A stretch of DNA of 60,864 nt, filler included, from Deltaproteobacteria bacterium (GTDB lineage: Bacteria > CG2-30-53-67), in assembly GCA_013151235.1 (NCBI GenBank). It is 5 parts of 5 records of this genome, joined end to end, with 100 filler letters (N's around TTAATTAATTAA, not from the genome) between each part and the next. Parts side by side here need not be neighbours in the genome. Positions count along the whole stretch, not along the records: positions 1 to 30,504 come from JAADIO010000027.1; positions 30,605 to 37,781 come from JAADIO010000057.1; positions 37,882 to 42,136 come from JAADIO010000022.1; 2 more parts are not named here. One strand, written 5' to 3'. Of this stretch, positions 30,328-39,612 are shown in pieces (positions within the stretch are counted from its first letter, which is position 1; each line of letters begins with the position of its first letter). A program made the position numbers and the translations under genes. The notes beneath the pieces were generated by a model, which was given only the letters and a program-made list of their open reading frames with translations, did no database searches and was not told the origin of the DNA.

Positions 30328-30504
30328 TTGATAGTCTCGTAAAAAATCACGAAGCCCTTCGGCCGACTCAGGACAGGGCCCTTCGATGCTTCGATAAACT
30401 CAGCACAGGCCCGCTCAGGACGAACGGTGTAAGTTATTGATATTCCGTTTGTGTGGTTCGGCGAGCTTCCGGGCATGTGGTTCGGAAAGTTTAATGGACC
30501 GTTC
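30328..30504 (+). repeat. Dispersed REP/MITE-like element, copy 1 (ends at the contig break)
   Basis: Shares ttgat..tcgtaaaaa.tcacgaa.cccttcg, gctcaggacgaacggtgtaagt.attgatattccgtt and aagtttaatggaccgttc with 60719-60864. Confidence 0.8.
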
Positions 30505-30604
30505 NNNNNNNNNNNNNNNNNNNNNNNNNNNNNNNNNNNNNNNNNNNNTTAATTAATTAANNNNNNNNNNNNNNNNNNNNNNNNNNNNNNNNNNNNNNNN
30601 NNNN
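30505..30604. other. Artificial contig linker
   Basis: N run + TTAATTAATTAA + N run, 100 nt. Confidence 0.97.
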
Positions 30605-31821
30605 ACCGGCCGGAGGGGGCCGATCTGATCTTGCTGAACACCTGTGCGATTCGCGAGAAGGCGGAGCAGAAGGTATTCAGCGATCTCGGCAGACTGAAGA
30701 TTTTCAAGGCGAGGGATCCGGGGGTTCTGATCGGGGTTCTCGGCTGCGTGGCCCAGGCTGAGGGGGAGAAGATCCTCGACCGGGAACCGGCGGTTGATTT
30801 TGTCGTCGGTACCCGGGGGATGGCGGAACTTCCGGAGATCATCCGCAAGGCGGAAGCGGGGGAGAAGAGTCTCTTCCTCCGGCTGGAGGGGGAATTCGAT
30901 CCCGGACGTTTCCGGGAGGCGTCGGTCCGGCAGAGCCGGATATCGGCTTTTGTGCCGATCATTTACGGTTGCGACAACTTCTGCTCCTATTGTGTGGTCC
31001 CCTATGTGCGGGGAAGGGAGTGGAGCCGTCCCGTGGATGAGATCCTTCGGGAAGTTTGCGGACTGGCTGAAAAGGGATATAAAGAGATTGTTCTGATCGG
31101 TCAGAACGTAAACTCTTATGGTAAAAAGAATAATATTAACAATGACTTTTGTGGATTGCTTCATCTTGTGAGTGAGGTAGATGGTGTCGAGCGAATTCGT
31201 TTTGTCACCTCTCATCCCCGGGATCTTTCCGGATCGGTGATTGCCGCCATGGCCTCTCTGCCCGCGATCTGCGAGGCGCTTCATCTCCCTGTCCAGTCCG
31301 GTTCGGACCGAGTTCTCGGCATGATGAACCGAGGGTACGACCGGGCGGACTATCTCGGGAAGGTGAAACGTCTCCGGGAGGCGATTCCGGGAATTGCTCT
31401 GACGACGGATATTATTGTCGGTTTCCCGGGGGAGAGCGAGTCCGATTTTGAAGAGACCCTTTCCCTGATTCGGGAGGCGGATTTTGACCGCCTCTTTGCT
31501 TTTGCCTACTCCCCCCGTCCCGGAACATCGGCCGTGAAGTTGCCCGATCCGGTAGCTGAGAAGACGAAGTCGAGGCGGCTTGCCGCCGTTCTCGACCTGC
31601 AGAAAAAACTGACCCTGCGGAAGCATCAGGCTCTTGTCGGGAGTTCCGTGGAGGTCCTGGTCGAAGGGGCCAATCCGAAGGTTGATGGGGAGTGGACGGG
31701 GAGGACCCGAACCAACAAGATCGTCCATTTCAGCGGCGCCCGGTCGGCGCCGGGTGAACTTCTGAACGTAATCATTGAAAAGGGGCTTCCGAACTGTTTG
31801 ATCGGAAGGGCGGTCTCCTGA
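30605..31821 (+). CDS. miaB: tRNA-2-methylthio-N6-dimethylallyladenosine synthase MiaB (5' truncated)
   Basis: LNTCAIREKAEQK, GCDNFCSYCVVPY radical-SAM motif, C-terminal TRAM domain. Confidence 0.93.
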
Positions 31822-32213
31822 TGAATGGGCAGGCCAAAAGCCGCATGACTGGAAGGGTGAACGCCTGGCTTCCTCCGATCCTTTATGCCGTAATGATCTT
31901 TTTGCTCTCGTCGCAAAGTTTTGAGACGGTCCACCTGAAGCATGGAACGGATAAACTGGTTCACCTGTTTTTATATGGCGGCTTCGGCTATCTGTTATTG
32001 CGGGCCTTTCATCAGGATGGGCAATGGACCGGCCGGGATGCCTGGGTCATCTTGATCGTTGTCCTCTACGGGATCAGTGATGAATGGCATCAATCTTTTG
32101 TTCCGGGCAGGAGTGTAGAGGCGTTGGATGTTTTTGCCGACGCTCTCGGAGGGGTGTCGGCCGTGATCTTCGGGAATGTCGCCGACCGTCTGGGTTGGAA
32201 GATCTGGTTCTGA
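31821..32213 (+). CDS. VanZ family membrane protein
   Basis: DKLVH..LY, YGISDEWHQSFVPGR....D..AD..G. Confidence 0.85.
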   Translation: MNGQAKSRMTGRVNAWLPPILYAVMIFLLSSQSFETVHLKHGTDKLVHLFLYGGFGYLLLRAFHQDGQWTGRDAWVILIVVLYGISDEWHQSFVPGRSVEALDVFADALGGVSAVIFGNVADRLGWKIWF

Positions 32214-32227
32214 TAGAGGGGGGATGC

Positions 32228-32635
32228 ATGGATTCGCAATGGCGGGAACAGCGTAAATATGACCGGGCCCGTATTCAAAAACTCGTTCGTTACCGGGTCA
32301 TTGACGGGACGGATCCCGATCATATCTCGAGTACGAAACGAAGCTGCGTAATCAATGTCGGGGGCGGCGGGGTGTTGCTCAAAGCAAATGCGTTGGTTGT
32401 CGACGGCCTCCACATTTCCTACGATGATAACTCCAACGTCCAGAACTGGATTGCCCTGGAAATCGAGTTGCTCCCCGGACGACCTTCCGTCAAGGCGCTG
32501 GGACAGGTGGTCTGGTATCAAAGGGCCACGAATGATGAGGAATACCGCTACGATATCGGAATTGAATTCCGAAAAATCCGGGATGAGGACCGTCAGACGA
32601 TCATCGATTTCGTCAGTCATGCGGAACCTTGTTGA
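32228..32635 (+). CDS. PilZ domain protein (c-di-GMP receptor)
   Basis: RxxxR (QRKYDR), NVGGGG, GQVVW, IGIEF. Confidence 0.8.
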   Translation: MDSQWREQRKYDRARIQKLVRYRVIDGTDPDHISSTKRSCVINVGGGGVLLKANALVVDGLHISYDDNSNVQNWIALEIELLPGRPSVKALGQVVWYQRATNDEEYRYDIGIEFRKIRDEDRQTIIDFVSHAEPC

Positions 32636-32823
32636 GACAAAATTGAACGAAAATTCCGCTATTGATAATATTCCGAAATCAATTATAATAAAAGTATACA
32701 CAACTCGGAAAAAGATCTTCCCGCTCAAGTCTTCTGCCTTCCTTTGTGAAGGGAAACTTGTAAATGAGGATACCGTCCCTCCGGGGGTGGTTGTTTATTC
32801 ATCCTTCCTGCATCAGAGTCATT

Positions 32824-33582
32824 ATGCCCATCGAAATCCTGATTCCCGTAGCGGTCTTCATCTTCGGCGCCATCGTCGGCAGCTTTTTGAATGTCTGCAT
32901 CTACCGTCTTCCGAGGAAGGAGTCGCTTGCCTTCCCCGGTTCCCACTGCCCCGTCTGTAATACCTCGATCCGTTTTTACGACAATGTCCCGATCGCAAGT
33001 TGGATCTTTCTGCTCGGGAAGTGCCGAAAATGCAGGAGCCCGATCTCGATTCAGTATCCCATTGTCGAAGCGGTCAATGCCGGGGGGTACTTCTATCTTT
33101 ATACCCGTTTCGGCCTGACCGGAGAGGCAGCGGTCTATGCTCTCTTTTTTTCAGCCCTGTTGGTGATCACGTTCATTGATCTCCACCATAAGATCATTCC
33201 CGACGTGATCAGTCTTCCCGGCATCGGGGTCGGCCTGTTGGCATCCCTCTTTGTTTTGCCCCTCACTTTTTGGGATGCCCTGATTGGGGCCGCCCTGGGA
33301 TGGGGGCTCTTCTATCTGGTTGCCCTGCTCAGCCGCGGCGGCATGGGAGGGGGGGATATCAAACTGATCTCCATGATCGGCGCTTTCCTGGGCTGGGAAA
33401 AGATGCTCCTGACCATTATGTCGGGCGCTTTCGCCGGGTCCATTGTCGGGATCGTCCTGATGATCCTTTTCAAAAAGAGCCGGAAATACGCTGTTCCCTT
33501 CGGCCCTTTTCTCGCCCTGGGGGCGCTGGCCAGCCTCTTTTGGGGAACTTCCATGATTCAATGGTATCTCCATTTTATGTAA
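32824..33582 (+). CDS. pilD: Prepilin peptidase / N-methyltransferase
   Basis: GSFLNVCIYRLP, SHCPVC, GKCRKC, GMGGGDIKL, PFGPFLA. Confidence 0.93.
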   Translation: MPIEILIPVAVFIFGAIVGSFLNVCIYRLPRKESLAFPGSHCPVCNTSIRFYDNVPIASWIFLLGKCRKCRSPISIQYPIVEAVNAGGYFYLYTRFGLTGEAAVYALFFSALLVITFIDLHHKIIPDVISLPGIGVGLLASLFVLPLTFWDALIGAALGWGLFYLVALLSRGGMGGGDIKLISMIGAFLGWEKMLLTIMSGAFAGSIVGIVLMILFKKSRKYAVPFGPFLALGALASLFWGTSMIQWYLHFM

Positions 33583-33607
33583 ATTCTCACAGGGTTCGGA
33601 ATCACGA

Positions 33608-34981
33608 ATGGACAATGTGACGGTCTTTCAATCCACTTTTATTCTGATTGCCTTGCTCCTCTTCGTGATTCTTCTGGCGATCTATGCCCTGCAGAAGGTC
33701 CGGAGAGGATTTCTCCGCCTCACCGAATCGGAGGAGATCCTGGAAAAGGGAAAGATTCCCGGTGCCAACAAAGAGATGTCATTTGTCTTCGGGGCCTTTC
33801 AACAGACGTTGCAGGAGATTACCCAGAAAAAACAAGAACTGATCCGGATGCATCAGGATGCCGTGGAACGGGTGCGCCGTATGGAACGGTACAACGAGTG
33901 TATCCTGGAGAGTATGGTGAGCGGAGTTGCGGCATTCGATCGTCAGGGCAAACTCACATCATTGAACGGAGCCGCGGCACGGATCTTCGGCCGGGAGTTG
34001 GGGGGCGGTGCCATCGGCCAATCCTATGACGAGGTTCTCGCTGGATCGGAGGCGATGAAGGAGATCCTGCAGCGGGTCCTGCAGGAGAATCGCCGAATCC
34101 TCCGGGAAGAAGTTCTGCTGACCTTGCCCGGCGGCGAGCGCAAATGGCTGGGGGTGAATGTTTCTCCTCTGAAAGGAGCGGAAGGAGAGATGATCGGTGC
34201 GACCCTCCTCTTCACCGACCTGACGGAAGTAAAGGAACTCCAGCGTCAGGTGGAATTGAAGAATCGGCTGGCCGCCATGGGGGAGATGTCGGCCGGGATT
34301 GCCCACGAGTTCCGGAATTCGCTGGGGGCGATTCTCGGCTATGCCCGCCTGGCGGACCGGCAGGCCGGGGAAAACTCCGTTCTCAGGGAAGCAGCGGAAG
34401 GGATTATCACCGAGGTGAAGAGCTTCGATGCCATGCTCTCCGACTTCCTTCATTTCGCTCGTCCAATGGAATTGAACAGGGAAGCATGCCGGCTTGATGA
34501 ACTGATCCGTGAAGCTCTGGAGGTCCTGTCCGATGAGATTGAAACGAAAAAGGCCGAGACGAAGGTGGAATGTAACGAAGTCCCTTCGCTCATGCTTGAT
34601 CGGACGCTGATCCGGCAGTCGATGACGAACTTAATCAAGAATGCTCTTCAGGCGATCCCGGAAGGAGGGAGCATTGCGATCGAGGTGCAAGAGAGGACCG
34701 ACAGAGTGGAGGTCCGGATCCGGGACAACGGGCCGGGGATTCCGCGGGATCTACAGAAAAAGATCTTTGAACCTTTCTTTACCACCAAACGGGAAGGCAC
34801 CGGCCTGGGACTGGCGATTACGCAGAAGACCATTGTTGCCCACCAGGGAAACATACGGATCAAAAGCGATCCGGGGCAGGGGACGTTGATGATCGTTTCC
34901 CTCCCTTCGCAGGGAAACGCAGGCACAAAGGGGCAGAGGCACAAAGAAACAGGGGCAAAGGAGAAAGCCGGAAGAACATAG
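33608..34981 (+). CDS. PAS-domain sensor histidine kinase (PilS/NtrB-like)
   Basis: N-terminal TM, PAS-like region, H-box AHEFRN, NLIKNA, DNGPG, FFTTK..GTGLGL. Confidence 0.9.
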   Translation: MDNVTVFQSTFILIALLLFVILLAIYALQKVRRGFLRLTESEEILEKGKIPGANKEMSFVFGAFQQTLQEITQKKQELIRMHQDAVERVRRMERYNECILESMVSGVAAFDRQGKLTSLNGAAARIFGRELGGGAIGQSYDEVLAGSEAMKEILQRVLQENRRILREEVLLTLPGGERKWLGVNVSPLKGAEGEMIGATLLFTDLTEVKELQRQVELKNRLAAMGEMSAGIAHEFRNSLGAILGYARLADRQAGENSVLREAAEGIITEVKSFDAMLSDFLHFARPMELNREACRLDELIREALEVLSDEIETKKAETKVECNEVPSLMLDRTLIRQSMTNLIKNALQAIPEGGSIAIEVQERTDRVEVRIRDNGPGIPRDLQKKIFEPFFTTKREGTGLGLAITQKTIVAHQGNIRIKSDPGQGTLMIVSLPSQGNAGTKGQRHKETGAKEKAGRT

Positions 34982-35004
34982 GTATAGAGGGGCAAAGAAA
35001 ATCG

Positions 35005-35229
35005 ATGAAAACCTATCGTGATTTAATGGTTTGGCAGAAATCCATGCTCCTTGTAACGGCCGTTTACCGAGAAACAAAATCATTTCCCCCGGATGAACGC
35101 TACGGTTTGACATCACCGTTGCGCAGAAGTGCCGTATCCGTTCCCGCGAACATGGCGGAAGGTTACGGCAGGAACTCTACATTGGACTTTGTGCCTTTGT
35201 GCCTCTGTCCCTTTGACCCTTGTTTTTAA
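35005..35229 (+). pseudogene. Truncated four-helix-bundle protein (23S rRNA IVP-like family)
   Basis: YRDL.VWQKSM.L...VY..T..FP.DERYGLTS.LRRSAVSVPANMAEGYGR; homology stops after about 60 aa and runs into a repeat. Confidence 0.8.
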
Positions 35230-35230
35230 C

Positions 35231-36613
35231 ATGGACAACATTCTCCTTGTAGAAGACAAAAAGAGCATGCGGCGCATGCTGACGCAGACCCTCCAGGCGG
35301 AAGGTTACCAGGTCTTCGAGGCCCGGGACGGGGTCGAGGCGCTGGAGCTTTATCGGAAGAACTGGATCGATTTGATCCTGACCGACCTTCAGATGCCGGA
35401 GATGGACGGGTTGGAGTTGCTTCGGAATCTCAAGGAAGAAGGTTCTCTCGTCGATGTTATCATCATGACTGCTTACGGCACGATTGAAAAGGCCGTGGAA
35501 GCGATGAAGATCGGTGCCCTTGATTTTATCACCAAGCCCTTTGACACTGATTATCTCCTGATCCTTGTCGGTCGGGCCTTGAAAAACCGCCGGATGGTCC
35601 GGGAGAATATGCTCCTCAGGGAGACCTTCTCCAAAGAATACGGAATGCCGGAGATTATCGGCCGGAGTCCGGCGATTCAGAATGTAGCGGAAAAAATCCG
35701 GAAGGTTGCCGCAACGGAGAGTTCGGTTCTTCTTCAGGGAGAGAGCGGGACCGGGAAGGAACTCTTTGCCCGGGCCGTCCATCAACTGAGTGATCGGAAG
35801 GATTCGAATTTTGTGGCCATCAATTGTGCCGCCATCCCCTCGGAACTGTTGGAGAGCGAACTCTTCGGTTACGAAAAGGGGGCCTTCACCGGAGCGGACC
35901 GCCGCAAGATCGGCTACTTTGAACTCGCACACCGCGGGACACTTTTCCTCGACGAAATTGTAGAGTTGCCTCTTTCCCTTCAGAGCAAACTCCTCCGGGT
36001 GCTCCAGGAAAAATCCCTCCAGAGGCTGGGAGGAACGCAGACCATCCGGATTGATGTGCGGATTCTCTCCGCGGCGAACCTCGATATTGAAGAGTGTCTT
36101 CGGCAAAAGCGTTTTCGTGAAGATCTTTATTATAGATTGGCCGTTGTCCCGATCGTCATCCCCCCTCTCCGTGAACGGGCGGAAGATGTTCCGCTCCTGG
36201 TCGATCATCTGCTGAAGAAGTACGAAAAGGAACTGAATAAGAAAGGACTCCGAGTGGAGGAGGATGCCGTTGCCGAGCTGTGCCGGCAGGAATGGAGGGG
36301 GAATGTCCGGGAGCTGGAAAACTGTGTTGAACGGGGTGCGATCCTCTGTCCCGGGAACAAAATCGGCCTGGAGGACATGGGGATTATTCCTTCTCGGAAG
36401 AAAAGCGGTCCCTCGGCTTCCTTCCCGGCAGGAAGAAGCCTTCAGGAAATTTCCGCCGAGGCGGCGTCCTGTGCCGAACGTAAGGTTATCCTCGCTGCGC
36501 TGCTGGAGAACGAATGGAACAAAACACGTGTTGCCGAACAACTAAAGGTCAGTTACAAAACCCTCCTCACGAAGATCAAAGACTATGACCTTGAAAAGGA
36601 GCGAGCCGGGTAG
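35231..36613 (+). CDS. Sigma54-dependent response regulator (PilR/NtrC family)
   Basis: Receiver domain, GESGTGKE, ELFGYEKGAFTGA, GNVRELEN, C-terminal Fis-type HTH. Confidence 0.93.
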   Translation: MDNILLVEDKKSMRRMLTQTLQAEGYQVFEARDGVEALELYRKNWIDLILTDLQMPEMDGLELLRNLKEEGSLVDVIIMTAYGTIEKAVEAMKIGALDFITKPFDTDYLLILVGRALKNRRMVRENMLLRETFSKEYGMPEIIGRSPAIQNVAEKIRKVAATESSVLLQGESGTGKELFARAVHQLSDRKDSNFVAINCAAIPSELLESELFGYEKGAFTGADRRKIGYFELAHRGTLFLDEIVELPLSLQSKLLRVLQEKSLQRLGGTQTIRIDVRILSAANLDIEECLRQKRFREDLYYRLAVVPIVIPPLRERAEDVPLLVDHLLKKYEKELNKKGLRVEEDAVAELCRQEWRGNVRELENCVERGAILCPGNKIGLEDMGIIPSRKKSGPSASFPAGRSLQEISAEAASCAERKVILAALLENEWNKTRVAEQLKVSYKTLLTKIKDYDLEKERAG

Positions 36614-36634
36614 CTCGTTTCCTGGTTTTCGTTT

Positions 36635-37781
36635 TCACTGAGCCCGGAGGTGTAGTTCCAGTTTCCGTATCGGCACGGCCACTCCGTTCAGACCGACGGC
36701 CGGGATTGCAAGTTTCCGGATTGCCTTTGGGGTGAAGAGCCGGTAAAAGAGTGTGAGGGTCACCTTCTCGGTTTCAGCCGGGAGCCGGTAGGTGAGATGC
36801 CGTTTTTCTCCGGCTTTCAGCCGTTTGTCGAAGGCGATCCGGTCCGCCTTCCAGGCCGGCACTCCGACCTGCGTGCCGGCGGCGAAGGCCTTGAGGAAGA
36901 CTCCCTGCTTGTCTTCCATCGGCCCTTTTGAAAAGTTCGACCAGATCATTTCATCCCGGGCGTTCCTTGCCGTTATCCTGAGAAAGGCCATCCGCATCGG
37001 GTTGGTTGCCGGAAAGGAGTGGGGGGTCCGGTTGGCAAGAGTGATCTTCAGCTCTTTCTTCCCATTTGCTGTTGTGATCCTTCCGGAGAGGTTGACTGAT
37101 TTTTTCAACATTTCCGGATCGTGTCCTCCCATGATGAAATGCGACCGATGGGTCTTCTTCGCCGAGCCGACCGCCGGTGCGCCTTCCTTTTTCTCCATAT
37201 GGCAGGAGAGGCAGTTTCCCGCCCCTTCGGTTTTCATGACGCAGATCGGCGTTCCCTTGGGGTTGACCATATGACTGTGGCAACCCATGCAGAGACGGCC
37301 CTTTGCAAAGAGGGCGGATCCCCGTGTCTTGTGCGGGGCTTTGCCGGAAGGGGAGGAGACGGCAAAGGTCCTCTCCCGGCTGATCCGGTAGCGGTTGAAA
37401 TTCTTCCGATGAATGATGGCCTCGATACGATGACAGAAGGTACAACCCACACCTTCCCGTTCCATCCGGGCACTCGGATCCGGTTGTGCCTTCCCCGACA
37501 TGAGCGCCTTCAGGTTCTTCGCCATCGGGGTATGGCAGCTGCCGCAGTGATAGTTTCCGGGCTTGCCTGCCTTTTTCCGGGCGGCGATGAACTTTCTGTA
37601 AACCGCGCGATGGGCCGGGTCTTTGTGCAGCGAGGATCGTGCATGTATTGAACTGTTCCATTCCTCGAAGATTGCAGGATGACACCCCTTACAGCTCCTT
37701 GATGGAGTAAAAGAGACCGCTCCTTGGGGGATTGCGTGTGCAAAGCTCAGGGTCGGAAAGAAGATCAGCAGAGAGATGAAG
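36635..37781 (-). CDS. Multiheme c-type cytochrome (five CxxCH; 5' end truncated)
   Basis: The frame stays open from the contig edge: hydrophobic signal-peptide remnant, then CKGCH, CGSCH, CTFCH, CMGCH, CLSCH. Confidence 0.85.
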
Positions 37782-37881
37782 NNNNNNNNNNNNNNNNNNN
37801 NNNNNNNNNNNNNNNNNNNNNNNNNTTAATTAATTAANNNNNNNNNNNNNNNNNNNNNNNNNNNNNNNNNNNNNNNNNNNN
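37782..37881. other. Artificial contig linker
   Basis: N run + TTAATTAATTAA + N run. Confidence 0.97.
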
Positions 37882-37933
37882 TCGTCCCGATATTGACGTG
37901 GGGCTTCGTCCGCTCATATTTTGCCTTTGCCAT
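37882..37933 (-). CDS. tuf: Elongation factor Tu, 5' fragment
   Basis: MAKAKYERTKPHVNIGT with GGAGG RBS, downstream of the Thr-Tyr-Gly-Thr tRNAs. Confidence 0.93.
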
Positions 37934-38001
37934 CGGTCTTCCTCCTTATTCAAATCAAACCGTTCAAACCGTTTAAACGGCTTGAACTATCTTAATGGTT
38001 A

Positions 38002-38078
38002 TGGAGCCCACGACCGGGATCGAACCGGTGAACCTCATCCTTACCAAGGATGCGCTCTACCGACTGAGCTACGTGGGC
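38002..38078 (-). tRNA. tRNA-Thr(GGT)
   Basis: Cloverleaf, anticodon arm catcc-ttGGTaa-ggatg, T loop TTCGATC, encoded CCA. Confidence 0.96.
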
Positions 38079-38233
38079 CGGAAAAGTCAGAAACCGGAAA
38101 TCCGGAATTGGAAATTCATCTAAAAGATCTCCTGTTGCCGATGCCTTCCGGAGCCAGCGTTCTCCTGTTCGCTGTTTCCCAAACACCCCATTTCCAAATT
38201 CCATTTTCTGATTCCCAATGACTGTCTGCTATC

Positions 38234-38310
38234 TGGAGCGGGAGACGGGATTCGAACCCGCGACCCTCAGCTTGGAAGGCTGACGCTCTAGCCAACTGAG
38301 CTACTCCCGC
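38234..38310 (-). tRNA. tRNA-Gly(TCC)
   Basis: Anticodon arm tcagc-ctTCCaa-gctga, T loop TTCGAAT, encoded CCA. Confidence 0.96.
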
Positions 38311-38363
38311 AATTCATTGTGAAAACGGTTCAAATATTTTTGACCCGTTTTCACAATGAATAA

Positions 38364-38448
38364 TGGTGGGGAGGGGAGGATTCGAACCTCCGTAGGCTTC
38401 GCCGACAGATTTACAGTCTGTTCCCTTTGGCCGCTCGGGAACCTCCCC
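38364..38448 (-). tRNA. tRNA-Tyr(GTA)
   Basis: Anticodon arm acaga-ctGTAaa-tctgt, long variable arm, encoded CCA. Confidence 0.96.
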
Positions 38449-38597
38449 GACGATCATTTAGAAATTGGAAATCAGGAATTAAGAAGATAGCGGAACCTTT
38501 TCTTAACTGCGAATTTGTCTCTCCGCATTTATCAGACGAATGTCCCGTCTCACAGGTTTCTAATTTCTATTTTCCAGTTTCCAATCACCCGATTACC

Positions 38598-38674
38598 TGG
38601 AGCCGATGGCCGGAATTGAACCGACAACCTACTGATTACAAATCAGTTGCTCTACCGGGTTGAGCTACATCGGC
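38598..38674 (-). tRNA. tRNA-Thr(TGT)
   Basis: Anticodon arm actga-ttTGTaa-tcagt, T loop TTCAATT, encoded CCA. Confidence 0.95.
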
Positions 38675-38828
38675 AATCGACACTTGCCTTACGTGGCCCT
38701 CTTCATATTACGGCAGGTTGCAATCCGATCGCAGCAGGCGGTCGGATCACCCCGGCATTTCGGTGCCGCAACGCTGCCTCCTTTGAAAACATGCCTCCCT
38801 TGGAGACAATTTCTCAAAGTAAATTGGT

Positions 38829-38857
38829 AAAATAGACTAATTCAAGTTCGATTTCAA
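38829..38857 (-). promoter_or_regulatory. Putative promoter of the tRNA-tuf operon
   Basis: TTGAAA-17 bp-TATTTT on the minus strand. Confidence 0.4.
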
Positions 38858-38876
38858 GGAAAAAATCAAAGAATAC

Positions 38877-39612
38877 TCATTTTTTTTCCAGCCGGTTCCG
38901 GCACACCTCATAGAGCATCAATCCCGCCGCAACAGAGAGATTCAACGATTCGACTCCCGCTTCCATCGGGATTGAGACCACCCGGTCACAGACATCGAGA
39001 ACCAGCCTGCGCACCCCTCGTTCCCCGCCAACCACCAGCGCCACGGGCCCGGAAAGATCGACATCACGGTAGCACTCCTGCCCGGCCGCGCCCGTTCCGA
39101 TCACCCAAACCCCCTGTTTTTTAAGGACTTCAATCGTTCGAACAAGATTGGTAACCCTCGTCACGGCGAGCCGTTCCAGGGCGCCGGCCGATCGTTTGAA
39201 GGCCACACCACCCAGGGGAGCCGCCCCTTTTTTCGGCACGATCAGACCGTGCACACCCGCGGCCACGGCCGTCCGGGCCACGGCACCCAAATTCCCGGGA
39301 TCTTCCACGCTGTCCAGAATCAGAAAAAAAGGGTCTTCCCCTTTCCGGGCAGGGAGTGCAAGCAGATCTTCCAGAGGAAGTGTCGTCTTTTCACCACAGC
39401 GGGCGATCACCCCTTGGTGTATCCCTCCGGGGACAAGACGATCGAGACGAGTCCGTTCTTCGTAATGGAGTTTCAGGGAGCGTCGGCGCGCCTCCTCCCC
39501 GATCCGCCGGATCTTCGGGTTTCTCGACCCCTTCCGGATCCAGACCTCTTCAATGGCCCGATCCGGCAAGCAATTCTTCCACGGGATGAATCCCGAAGAT
39601 ATATTCCACCAT
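38877..39612 (-). CDS. rlmB: 23S rRNA (G2251-2'-O)-methyltransferase RlmB, frameshift near 39570
   Basis: HQGV, LDSVEDPGNLGA..R, SIPM..GVESLNLSVA SPOUT motifs; the N-terminus MVEYIFGIHPVEELL (ATG 39612) is in a different frame. Confidence 0.88.
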
